Shown: positions 38,010-46,994 of the stretch, in pieces
Layout: each line of letters begins with the position of its first letter
Position numbering within the stretch: the stretch's first letter is position 1
Assembly: GCA_964574765.1 (NCBI GenBank)
Contig: CAZNPC010000003.1
Location: 1 to 60,613 of the forward strand
Length of the DNA: 60,613 nucleotides
Source of the DNA: an uncultured Nitrospirales bacterium
Lineage (GTDB): Bacteria > Nitrospirota > Thermodesulfovibrionia > UBA6902 > BMS3Bbin08
Direction: 5' to 3'
Program-made: the position numbers and the translations under genes
The notes under the pieces: model-generated
The model's input: the letters and a program-made list of their open reading frames with translations, nothing else
Told to the model about the DNA's origin: nothing
Databases searched by the model: none

Positions 38010-39746
38010 ATGAAGGCATTAATTCTTCTTCTCTCGCCAATTTTCTGGTCTGTTAAAAACGACCTGCTCAGGTTCAGCAAGTCTTTTTACATAAAGACGT
38101 TCCTCTATGCACTGTCAGGCATTGTCTTTATATTTCTGGTTACCATGCTTTTAAATGCCGGCATGGACAAATTAGAAGGTCTTTCCCCCGAAGTCTTTAA
38201 TCTTCTGCTTACTAAGGGATATTCTCTCATCTTCCTGATCGCTTTCTTCATCCAGATAATAAACGGGGCTATTATGTCACTTGACAAATACTACCAGGCA
38301 CAGGAACTGGAATTACTGTTCACCTCTCCGGTAAACAGGACTTCCTTATTCTTTTCAAGGCTCTTTGAAACACACCTGAAAACATCATGGATGCTTATAA
38401 TCTTTGGAATACCCTTACTGGCATCCTTAGGTCTCCAATATCAGGCACACCCTGCATATTATCTGTACTCAGTGGCACTCCTGGCAGTATTTTCTACCAT
38501 TCCTGTCAACATCGGCATCAGTATAACAATCATGATGACAGGCATCTTCCATTTAAAAAAACTAAAAAAAATTGTGTTTTCTGCAAGCCTTATCACGGGT
38601 GCAGTTATAGTTATTCTGTTACGGATATTTAAGCCCGAAAGATTTGTAAATCCTGAACTGTTTGCAAATCTGACACTCTTTGTAAGTGAACTGCAAACTC
38701 CTTTTTTTATATTGCTGCCTAACAGGTGGCTCAGCGAATCGCTTTTTAATTTTCTGAACGAAAATTACAGCGATACTTTGATCGTTGTTCCTTTATTACT
38801 TCTTACCTCGTATTTATCAGTCTTTTGCCTTGTATTGATATACAGAAAGTATCACTACAGAGGATGGAGCCTCTTACACAGAGGTGATGCAGTTCAAAAA
38901 AAGAAAAGAAAATGGACTGTTATAAGTTCAGATTTGACAGAAAAGCTTATTTTTGCAAAACCAGCTCAACTATTACAGCCGTTGTTAAGCAGTCAGAGTA
39001 TAACAATTCTGAAGAAAGATATTTTATGTCAATTTCATGATATAAAAAACATCCAGCAAAACATCATCCTTATTTCATTAATCATTGTCTATCTTTTCAG
39101 TATTGCTTCCTTACCGCTAAACTGGGAGGAATATGGGGTTCAACTGAAATATGCTGTCTCTTTTTTTAATCTTGGATTGATACTGATTATCATTGCTGCA
39201 TTATGCTCAAAGCTTGTTTATCCTTCAATTGTCTCTGAAGGAAATTCTTTCTGGATACTAAAGACAGCTCCTATAACATCGAAAAAATACATCTATGCAA
39301 AATTCTTTTTCTTATTCATTCCTATATTCATGCTGGGACAATTATTGACGATATTCTCCTCATTCTTTATCAATATTGCAAAAGAGATCCTTTTACTAAA
39401 CATTTTAACAACTTCACTATTGTGCTTCTCACTTGTGAGTCTGGCAATTTCCTTCAGTGTTCAAGACTTGAAAAAGGCACTAAAAGAAAATAAAAGTGAA
39501 GAAATAAAAACAGGCAACACAACGTATATGATCATATCGGTATTTTTTATACTTTTTATCCTGGCATTAGAATTAGCGCCAATATATTTATATTTTTTAA
39601 AGGCAGCGGCAAAGGTTGAATTCACTCAGAAGGCGTGGCTCTTACTTGGCGCTGTAATTTTTGTCCTGCTCTTTGTGAATATACTTATAACTGCAATTTC
39701 AATGCGTCAAAGCATCAAAAAATTTGATAATATCCAGCTCACTTAA
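38010..39746 (+). CDS. Large polytopic membrane protein, putative ABC exporter permease
   Basis: 578 aa and more than 12 hydrophobic segments. Follows the ABC ATPase. No recognisable catalytic motif. Confidence 0.55.
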   Translation: MKALILLLSPIFWSVKNDLLRFSKSFYIKTFLYALSGIVFIFLVTMLLNAGMDKLEGLSPEVFNLLLTKGYSLIFLIAFFIQIINGAIMSLDKYYQAQELELLFTSPVNRTSLFFSRLFETHLKTSWMLIIFGIPLLASLGLQYQAHPAYYLYSVALLAVFSTIPVNIGISITIMMTGIFHLKKLKKIVFSASLITGAVIVILLRIFKPERFVNPELFANLTLFVSELQTPFFILLPNRWLSESLFNFLNENYSDTLIVVPLLLLTSYLSVFCLVLIYRKYHYRGWSLLHRGDAVQKKKRKWTVISSDLTEKLIFAKPAQLLQPLLSSQSITILKKDILCQFHDIKNIQQNIILISLIIVYLFSIASLPLNWEEYGVQLKYAVSFFNLGLILIIIAALCSKLVYPSIVSEGNSFWILKTAPITSKKYIYAKFFFLFIPIFMLGQLLTIFSSFFINIAKEILLLNILTTSLLCFSLVSLAISFSVQDLKKALKENKSEEIKTGNTTYMIISVFFILFILALELAPIYLYFLKAAAKVEFTQKAWLLLGAVIFVLLFVNILITAISMRQSIKKFDNIQLT

Positions 39747-39780
39747 CCTGGATTATTCATAATCCTCATTTTATAAAAAA

Positions 39781-39807
39781 AAGGGGACACCAAAACGATG
39801 TCCCCTT
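39781..39807 (-). terminator. Hairpin terminator between convergent permease and pilin genes (stronger for the pilin strand)
   Basis: AAGGGGACA-CCAAAACGA-TGTCCCCTT. An A8 run on the plus-strand 5' side gives a U-tract for the minus-strand transcript. Confidence 0.6.
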
Positions 39808-39829
39808 TGAGAAATACTCTTTAAACCTG

Positions 39830-40435
39830 TTATTCAGAACCTACGGTCTTTCTGTGTAATACCTCGGTAGCACCGGAATTACTTCCACCCGGGCCATTGC
39901 TCATGCCGACAAGTGTTATAGTACTTCCAACGGTACTGGGAAACAGAGTCACTTGGCAAGCGGTACCATTGCCTGCACCACCACCAGTTGCTCCTATTAC
40001 AAATAACTCAGAAGCAGCACCAACAGTACAACCAGACATTCCGGTCCAAGGAGATTGTTCCCCGGCTGTTGTTACTCGTGCTGTATAATATGCATCAACG
40101 GTTGCAAGAGCAGGTGTAGCATGGCCTAAAGCGATCTCTGAATTAGTATCGTCACTGCCAGTTTGAATCGTTCCGTTCCAGTCTGTATCAACCTCTGTAA
40201 GTAAGGACGGTTCTTGACCTGCAAAACCTTTTATAGCTGAACCCATCCAGTGCTGTAAGTCTGATTCAGAAGAAGCCGCGGCCTTAATCAGGGTTGACTT
40301 CCTTGCCTTTTCCTGAGCGCCGATATATGCAGGAATTGCAATAGCTGCAAGAATACCGATGATTGCCACAACGATCAGTAGCTCGATCAGGGTAAATGCT
40401 TTTTGTTCTCTTAGATTTTGTACTGCTTTAAACAT
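39830..40435 (-). CDS. pilA: Type IV pilin (PilA-like major pilin)
   Basis: MFKAVQNLREQKA|FTLIELLIVVAIIGILAAIAIPAY class III signal with Glu+5. Two C-terminal Cys residues. SD AAAGGAGG. Confidence 0.9.
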   Translation of the reverse strand: MFKAVQNLREQKAFTLIELLIVVAIIGILAAIAIPAYIGAQEKARKSTLIKAAASSESDLQHWMGSAIKGFAGQEPSLLTEVDTDWNGTIQTGSDDTNSEIALGHATPALATVDAYYTARVTTAGEQSPWTGMSGCTVGAASELFVIGATGGGAGNGTACQVTLFPSTVGSTITLVGMSNGPGGSNSGATEVLHRKTVGSE

Positions 40436-40480
40436 GTCTTATCCTCCTTTTATTATTATTAACAAGCCAATGGAACGCCA

Positions 40481-40511
40481 TTGACACATAATGCTATTTG
40501 AATAGTATAAT
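40481..40511 (+). promoter_or_regulatory. Consensus-like sigma70 hexamers pointing away from pilA
   Basis: TTGACA (40481-86) and TATAAT (40506-11), but with a long 19-nt spacer. Confidence 0.25.
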
Positions 40512-40583
40512 ACAAGTGCTATATTTTTTCCCACCTCCTTTTATTTAGGATACTTAAGTATATCCTTTTTTCACCTTGTGTCA

Positions 40584-40600
40584 AGCATTTTTTATGCCAA
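40584..40600 (-). promoter_or_regulatory. Candidate sigma54 (-24/-12) promoter for pilA
   Basis: The minus strand reads TGGCAT-AAAAA-ATGCT against the consensus TGGCAC-N5-TTGCW, with correct GG/GC spacing, about 150 nt upstream of the pilA ATG. Confidence 0.4.
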
Positions 40601-41021
40601 TCATCAAAACTCTATATTTTATCACTGTTTCCTGGGTTTTATTATATATGACAATCGAACACAACATGTCATAGTTGACAAATATTGTCACAGGCTTTGC
40701 GCGCGTGCTTCTGTAAAAAAAGGATTTTTCATGAAGGTTGCTAATCTTCATGAAGATTTTACCTCCGGACATATCGCATTAGTTTTTTTTCATATTATAA
40801 ATTAAAAGCCGGTTGTTTCCTCTCTCCAATTATTGTTCAAATATTATAGGCATATAATATATATGTAGTCAAGAATAATGTATCTTTGTTGACAAATTAC
40901 ATATAATTTATTAACTTACATCCGAATGCAGTAAATGCACATTTCTGCATATTCTTATCAGGTTTTGCTGTACAATGCTCCTGAATTATTCATTCTTTTA
41001 AAGATACGGTCTGTGCAAAAT

Positions 41022-42695
41022 ATGAAAAAACTTATTCTTTTTATTCTTATCATCCTCTCCATAACTGCTGGTTGTCAGGATAGATCATCACCGGAACCTG
41101 AAACCGGGAGACAACAAAAAGACATGCCGGCAGAAAAAGCGCATCTGGATCCTGCTGCCGGCCCACCCTCATATGGCGACATCCTTATAGAAGCCACCAG
41201 CGGGCGGCCAAGCGTTCTCATCCCCATGCTTGCGGGTGACAGCGCATCTCATTCCGTTGCAGGATTGATCTTTAACGGTCTGGTCAAATATGACACTGAC
41301 CTTAGTGTTATAGGCGACCTCGCGGAGTCATGGGATATCTCTTCAGACGGCCTTGTTATTACATTTTATTTGAGAAAAGGCGTGATGTGGACAGATGGTG
41401 TTGAGTTCACAGCAGAAGATGTGAAGTTCGGCTTTGACACAATAATTGATGAAAACACTCCCACACCTTACAAAGAGGATTACCTGCAGGTAAAAAAAGC
41501 CGAAGTACTTGACCGATACACCTTCAGGGTCACTTATGAAAAGCCCTTTGCACCGGCTCTTGCTACCTGGGGAAGCCTTGTCGTCCTTCCAAAACACCTG
41601 CTTGAAGGCAAGGACATAACAAAGGCCGAATTTGGCCGGAACCCGGTAGGATTAGGGCTTTACAGGTTCAGGAAATGGACCCCTGGGCAGGAAGTGGTTC
41701 TTGATTCAAACAGGGATTATTTTGAGGGAAGGCCATATATAGACAGGTATATTTTTAAAATAATACCGGATACAGCAACCATGTTTTTGGAGCTTCAGGC
41801 CGGCGGGATCGATATGATGGCACTTACGCCTATTCAGTACACAAAACAAACAAACACGGAAAATTTCAAAAGAGATTTTCAGAAGTTCCGTTACCCGGTA
41901 TTCGCCTACACCTATTTTGGATTTAATCTAAAACTCCCCTGGTTTAAAGACGTACTTGTCAGGAGGGCGATCGCACACGCAATAGATAAAAGCGAGATCA
42001 TAGATGTCGTACTGTTCGGGCTAGGACGACCGGCGACAGGCCCCTTTGTTCCAGAGACATGGGCATATAATCCTGGTGTTAAGAGATATGGTTATGACCC
42101 AGGCAAAGCAAAAGAACTGCTTAAGTCAGCTGGATGGACAGATTCTAACAGCAACGGCACAGTAGATAAAGACGGGAAGGAATTTGAGTTTACGATATTG
42201 ACAAACATGGGTAATCAATCAAGGCTTAAAACAGCTACCATCATCCAGCAGAGGCTTAAAAAAGTAGGCATTAAGATGAATATAAGGGTGCTGGAGTGGA
42301 GCACATTTATAAATGAATTTATAGACAAACGCAGCTTTGAGGCCGTACTGCTCGGCTGGAGCCTGGACCGCGATCCGGACCAGTATATTATATGGCATTC
42401 CAGCAAGACCGCAGAAAAGGAATTTAACTTTGTAAGTTACAGCAATAAAGAAGTTGACAGACTCCTTGAAAAAGGCCGCAGGACCTTTGATATTGAAGAA
42501 AGAAAAAAAGCGTATTACAGGTTTCAGGAAATACTTGCTGAAGAATTACCTTACATTTTTCTTTATGTTCCGGATGCAACACCAATTGTGCAGGCACGTT
42601 TTAAGGGGATCAAGGCCTCACCGATTGGCATTGGTTATAACTTGCATAAATGGTATGTACCAAAAGATCTTCAGCGACACACAATAGAGCAATAA
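41022..42695 (+). CDS. ABC transporter substrate-binding lipoprotein, family 5 (peptide/nickel type)
   Basis: Signal plus lipobox-like MKKLILFILIILSITAGC. Length and pattern of the OppA/DppA family. ATG 41022 preferred to 40935. Confidence 0.88.
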   Translation: MKKLILFILIILSITAGCQDRSSPEPETGRQQKDMPAEKAHLDPAAGPPSYGDILIEATSGRPSVLIPMLAGDSASHSVAGLIFNGLVKYDTDLSVIGDLAESWDISSDGLVITFYLRKGVMWTDGVEFTAEDVKFGFDTIIDENTPTPYKEDYLQVKKAEVLDRYTFRVTYEKPFAPALATWGSLVVLPKHLLEGKDITKAEFGRNPVGLGLYRFRKWTPGQEVVLDSNRDYFEGRPYIDRYIFKIIPDTATMFLELQAGGIDMMALTPIQYTKQTNTENFKRDFQKFRYPVFAYTYFGFNLKLPWFKDVLVRRAIAHAIDKSEIIDVVLFGLGRPATGPFVPETWAYNPGVKRYGYDPGKAKELLKSAGWTDSNSNGTVDKDGKEFEFTILTNMGNQSRLKTATIIQQRLKKVGIKMNIRVLEWSTFINEFIDKRSFEAVLLGWSLDRDPDQYIIWHSSKTAEKEFNFVSYSNKEVDRLLEKGRRTFDIEERKKAYYRFQEILAEELPYIFLYVPDATPIVQARFKGIKASPIGIGYNLHKWYVPKDLQRHTIEQ

Positions 42696-43694
42696 ATGCT
42701 TATTTATATTATAAAAAGGTTTCTTGAGATGATACCGACCCTGTTCGGTATCACCCTGGTCTCATTCTTTATAATCCAGCTTGCACCCGGCAAACCCACT
42801 GATGTGTTGACCGAGATGAATCCGAAAATGACGCCTGAGGCACGTGAAAAACTGGAAAAAATGTATCGCCTTGATGAACCGATCATAGTTCAGTACGGCC
42901 TATGGCTGAAAAGAATTATCAAGCTGGATTTTGGAGAATCTTTTTCAACTGACAGAAGACCTGTAATGGAAAAGGTCTGGGATACTAAGCAGTCTCTGCT
43001 CGACAGAGCTCTGTTTATAACCTTTCTGATCAATATCCTATCCATGCTTATGATCTTTATTATTGCAATACCTATCGGAATATCCTCAGCTACACACCAA
43101 TATTCAGTTTTTGACAAAATTTCAACTGTATTTGTTTTTGTCGGATTCGCGACTCCGGGATTCTGGCTTGCCCTTCTCTTGATGATACTTTTCGGCGTTA
43201 ATCTGGGATGGCTTCCTATCTCAGGGCTTAAGTCCATTGGGTACGACTCATTGTCATTGTTAGGACAGGTCTGGGACAGAGCACAGCATCTTATCCTTCC
43301 TGTTTTTATTTCAGCATTTGTGGGCCTTGCCGGACTTTCAAGGTTTATGCGGAGCAGTATGCTTGAAGTGGTCAGGCAGGATTACATAACAACAGCCCGG
43401 GCAAAAGGCCTCTCAGAGCACCAAGTGATATACAAACACGCCCTTAAAAACGCTTTACTGCCTATTATTACCCTGCTCGGGCTTTCAGTTCCGGGTCTTA
43501 TCGGCGGAAGTGTTATTTTTGAGAGCATATTCGGTATTCCAGGAATGGGGCAATTATTTTACATGGGAGTAATGACAAGGGATTATCCTTTGGTAATGTG
43601 CATTTTGACCATTGGAGCGGTACTAACCCTTTTTGGAAATTTGCTTGCAGACCTGGGCTATATGTTTGCGGATCCGAGGATAAGGACAAAATGA
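42696..43694 (+). CDS. Peptide-type ABC transporter permease (DppB/OppB-like)
   Basis: [33 protein letters not shown]-terminus. EAA loop [23 protein letters not shown]. Confidence 0.9.
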   Translation: MLIYIIKRFLEMIPTLFGITLVSFFIIQLAPGKPTDVLTEMNPKMTPEAREKLEKMYRLDEPIIVQYGLWLKRIIKLDFGESFSTDRRPVMEKVWDTKQSLLDRALFITFLINILSMLMIFIIAIPIGISSATHQYSVFDKISTVFVFVGFATPGFWLALLLMILFGVNLGWLPISGLKSIGYDSLSLLGQVWDRAQHLILPVFISAFVGLAGLSRFMRSSMLEVVRQDYITTARAKGLSEHQVIYKHALKNALLPIITLLGLSVPGLIGGSVIFESIFGIPGMGQLFYMGVMTRDYPLVMCILTIGAVLTLFGNLLADLGYMFADPRIRTK

Positions 43695-44524
43695 AATTAT
43701 TCTGGCAGAGATTAAAGAAAAACAGGCTTGCAGTTGCAGGTGGAATTATTGTTGTCTTTCTTTTCCTTATTGCGCTGTCCGCATCAGTGATCTCGCCGTT
43801 TGACCCGCATGAGATCGACAGAAAACACGTACTCGAGGCTCCAAACGCAAAACATATTATGGGTACAGATGACCTTGGAAGGGACGTGCTTTCAAGGATG
43901 ATGTACGGCAGCCGCATATCCCTCGCTGTGGGGTTTGTTGCCATAGGTATAGCGACTTTTATAGGAATGATCCTTGGCGCGCTTGCAGGTTATTACGGCG
44001 GCTGGACAGACAGGATCATCATGCGTTTTATTGACATCATGCTTTCAATCCCGTCCTTCTTTTTCATTCTTGCGGTAATTGCCTTTGTTGGGCCCAGCAT
44101 ATGGAACATCATGATCATCATAGGTATAACATCATGGATGGGTGTTGCTAGACTTGTAAGGGCAGAATTTTTATCTTTAAAAGAAAGAGAGTTTGTGCTT
44201 GCCGCAAAAGCCCTCGGTGCCAGCAATATGAGAATAATATTCAATCACATCATGATAAACAGTATGGCGCCGGTTTTTGTATCCGCCATACTTGGAGTAG
44301 CAAGCGCAATTCTTGTGGAATCAGCGCTCAGTTTTCTCGGCCTTGGAGTTCAGCCGCCGAATCCCAGCTGGGGCAATATCCTCACGCTGGGCAAAGACAA
44401 TATTGAAATAGCATGGTGGCTCTCGGTTTTCCCGGGCATTGCGATACTGGTCACTGTTCTAGGATACAACCTTCTTGGTGAGGGTTTAAGAGACGCCCTT
44501 GATCCAAGGTTATGGGAACGCTAG
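43691..44524 (+). CDS. Peptide-type ABC transporter permease (DppC/OppC-like)
   Basis: [43 protein letters not shown] overlap with the preceding permease. Confidence 0.9.
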   Translation: MKLFWQRLKKNRLAVAGGIIVVFLFLIALSASVISPFDPHEIDRKHVLEAPNAKHIMGTDDLGRDVLSRMMYGSRISLAVGFVAIGIATFIGMILGALAGYYGGWTDRIIMRFIDIMLSIPSFFFILAVIAFVGPSIWNIMIIIGITSWMGVARLVRAEFLSLKEREFVLAAKALGASNMRIIFNHIMINSMAPVFVSAILGVASAILVESALSFLGLGVQPPNPSWGNILTLGKDNIEIAWWLSVFPGIAILVTVLGYNLLGEGLRDALDPRLWER

Positions 44525-44799
44525 TCTTATTCCCGGCCTTTCTGAAAATTTGATGTCTTCCCGTAATGCTGTCCTGCTTCACAATTTATCCCGTTTCATT
44601 ATATTCAAAACGAAAATCCATCTTCTCCCTCAGACTGTCCGGAGGCCTAAGGGGCATTTCTATTCAGGTACAGTTGGAGATATTTATTAAAGACAGAGAG
44701 CATTCCCTGCGCTCTTTCATGTTGAGGCTCTAAATGATTTCAGGTCTGTTCATCGGGTCTTTCGTATCTGCCGATAAAGCGCCTTAGCAGATCAAACTG

Positions 44800-45405
44800 T
44801 TATTTGCGTGGTGCAATATTACTATAAACCTTAAATATCTCTTCTTTTGTCAGCAGCTCCTTAACAGGCAGGCCCATCGCTTCGATTGCCTCTCTGCCGC
44901 CTTCCTGCCTGTCAATAAGTACAACTGCGCCGACTACCTTAAGCCCGCACTGCCTCGCCCTCTTTACAGCCTTTATTGTTGAACCGCCTGTCGTAATGAC
45001 ATCTTCAACGATCAATACCTTATCACCCTTTTTAACATTACCCTCTATCCACAGCATTGTCCCGTGCTTCTTGGGTTCCTTTCTTACAACAAAGCTCTCA
45101 AGGGGTTTTCCCTTAATATGAGAAGTATATGCAACAGCCGCCGCCACCGGATCGGCACCGAGAGTAAGTCCGCCAACTGCCTTTACATTCCAGTTTTTCT
45201 GCCGGCTGACAAGCTGAAAAAGCAGGTTCCCTATCAGAAACATTCCTTCAGGATTCAAAGTGGTCGTTTTGCAGTTAAAATAAAAATTGCTTTTTTTCCC
45301 TGACGCAAGTTTGAAGGAAGGTCTTTTGGAAAACTTAAACGAACGTGCAATTATAAGGTCTATGAGTCTTTTTTTCATTGAAGCAGGTGATTTAATTCTG
45401 TGCAT
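44800..45405 (-). CDS. pyrE: Orotate phosphoribosyltransferase
   Basis: FKLASGKKSNFYF and the PRPP loop VLIVEDVITTGGS. Alternative ATG at 45378. Confidence 0.92.
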   Translation of the reverse strand: MHRIKSPASMKKRLIDLIIARSFKFSKRPSFKLASGKKSNFYFNCKTTTLNPEGMFLIGNLLFQLVSRQKNWNVKAVGGLTLGADPVAAAVAYTSHIKGKPLESFVVRKEPKKHGTMLWIEGNVKKGDKVLIVEDVITTGGSTIKAVKRARQCGLKVVGAVVLIDRQEGGREAIEAMGLPVKELLTKEEIFKVYSNIAPRK

Positions 45406-45438
45406 TATGTCATCCCCTGAATGTTTTTTTCTATCCGT

Positions 45439-45789
45439 TTACGCCGCCCTGCCGGCCTTAACACCCTCAACAAGGATAAATACAAGGACCACTGTAAAGC
45501 CTGCAAGAAGCCACATGATATTCACTATTTTAAGCCATATCAGCAGAAAAATCGCTGCGAACAGAATAAATATCCGCACCATGCTCATAAACACCATCTT
45601 TACTACGGCTTTATCAGACCCAACAAGTCCTTCCACATTTCTGACTATGGCTCTCAGATTCAAAATACCGAATATACCTCCCGCAATAATACTGACCGGC
45701 AATTTTTTCCAGTCAATAAATGCTGATGCCGCAGCTGCCGGTAGAATTACAATCAGGCTTTTTACAGCAACTCTCTTAAGAATTTCCAT
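45439..45789 (-). CDS. Small 4-TM protein, ATP synthase protein I (AtpI)-like
   Basis: 116 aa with four hydrophobic segments, immediately downstream of the AtpZ-like gene. Assignment rests on size, topology and context only. Confidence 0.4.
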   Translation of the reverse strand: MEILKRVAVKSLIVILPAAAASAFIDWKKLPVSIIAGGIFGILNLRAIVRNVEGLVGSDKAVVKMVFMSMVRIFILFAAIFLLIWLKIVNIMWLLAGFTVVLVFILVEGVKAGRAA

Positions 45790-45807
45790 TTTAAATATAG
45801 AAACTAT

Positions 45808-46083
45808 TCACGATTGTCCTGAGTCGCTATCATCATACCTGCCTGCCTTTGCCGCGATACGGAATAAATACATGAAACCGGCTGCGATTCCCAGGACCAT
45901 AAATATTATGGTAAACCAGGGGAAAGTATTAAAGACCCTGTCAAGTATCAGGTAGCCAATGGCAATGCCTGCGAGAGTAGATACGACGAAATTAATCCCA
46001 ATTGTGCTGGCCACACCAAGAAAACGTACAAATTCTCCTTTTGCACCCTTTTCCGGCGAGGGCTGTTTTGTTTCTCCTGCCAT
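45808..46083 (-). CDS. AtpZ/AtpR-family small membrane protein
   Basis: FLGVASTIGINFVVSTLAGIAIGYLILDRVFNTFPWFTIIFMVLGIAAGF matches the ATPase_gene1 pattern. Start taken at MAGETKQ. Confidence 0.55.
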   Translation of the reverse strand: MAGETKQPSPEKGAKGEFVRFLGVASTIGINFVVSTLAGIAIGYLILDRVFNTFPWFTIIFMVLGIAAGFMYLFRIAAKAGRYDDSDSGQS

Positions 46084-46172
46084 CAAAAAAAGTTTATCAG
46101 AAAGACCGCAAAAAAGAAAATTCAGGATCCATCTTATTAATAAAGCTCCGGTTCTTCTGCTATAATTCAACT

Positions 46173-46958
46173 ATGATTGAAGCCATAATCCTTGGAATAC
46201 TGCAAGGACTTACCGAGTTTATCCCGGTCAGCAGTTCCGCACATCTTATCATTATCCCCTGGTTTTTCGGGTGGACAGGAACTGTAAACACTCTCAGTTT
46301 TAGCGTAGCCCTGCATCTGGGTACTCTAATCTCGCTTTTGCTGTATTTCAGAAAAGACTGGGTTGCCATCTTTAAAACAGCCAATAAAAAAGACAGTCTC
46401 ATCTGGCATATTTTCATAGCTACTATCCCGGCGGCGGCGGCGGGACTGCTATTTCACGATCAGATCCAACAGATACGAAGCCCTCTGCTTATCACCGCCA
46501 CCCTTTCGTTTGTCGCTGTGCTTATGATCCTTGTCGAAAGAAAGAAAAAAACTTCGGCCAGTCTCTGTTTAGACAGGCTCAGCCGAAAAGACGCGCTGTT
46601 GATCGGGATTGCCCAGGCTGTCGCACTCGTGCCGGGTATTTCAAGATCAGGGATCACAATAGTGACAGGTCTTGCGAGGGGATATCAGAGGCAGGCGTCA
46701 GCCAGGTTTTCGTTTCTCCTCGGCACTCCGATTGTCGCGGGTGCGGGAGCTTTTGAGGCAAAAGAACTAATTCTGTCTCACAACATGAATTTTCAGCCCG
46801 CAATCTTCCTGACCGGAATTGCCATGTCCGCGCTTACCGGATATATTGCGATTAAATTTCTTCTCCGCTTCCTCCAGAACCATACTTTAGCCCCCTTTGC
46901 ATATTATCGTTTTTTAGTTGCTTTTGTTATCATAATAACCATATGGGTTCAAAGATAG
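46173..46958 (+). CDS. uppP: Undecaprenyl-diphosphate phosphatase (BacA/UppP)
   Basis: MIEAIILGILQGLTEFIPVSSSAHL and PGISRSGITI motifs. TATAAT at 46161-66. Confidence 0.93.
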   Translation: MIEAIILGILQGLTEFIPVSSSAHLIIIPWFFGWTGTVNTLSFSVALHLGTLISLLLYFRKDWVAIFKTANKKDSLIWHIFIATIPAAAAGLLFHDQIQQIRSPLLITATLSFVAVLMILVERKKKTSASLCLDRLSRKDALLIGIAQAVALVPGISRSGITIVTGLARGYQRQASARFSFLLGTPIVAGAGAFEAKELILSHNMNFQPAIFLTGIAMSALTGYIAIKFLLRFLQNHTLAPFAYYRFLVAFVIIITIWVQR

Positions 46959-46994
46959 AACCGGTCAAAACCGGAAGCATCAGGCAGTATCAGC

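Noticed and set aside
40578-40805. 75-aa and 63-aa ORFs on opposite strands in the pilA upstream region.
   Set aside because: They are mutually overlapping, very AT-rich, lack an SD and have implausible composition. The region looks regulatory.
45287-45955. 222-aa plus-strand ORF spanning the pyrE 5' end and the atpI/atpZ-like genes. Similar long antisense ORFs occur at 9766-10338, 13571-14155, 17770-18357, 20115-20618, 22750-23244, 47717-48169 and 48057-48644.
   Set aside because: Each lies antisense to a gene with clear family motifs. They have low-complexity or compositionally odd translations, no SD and no recognisable domain, which is typical of shadow ORFs.
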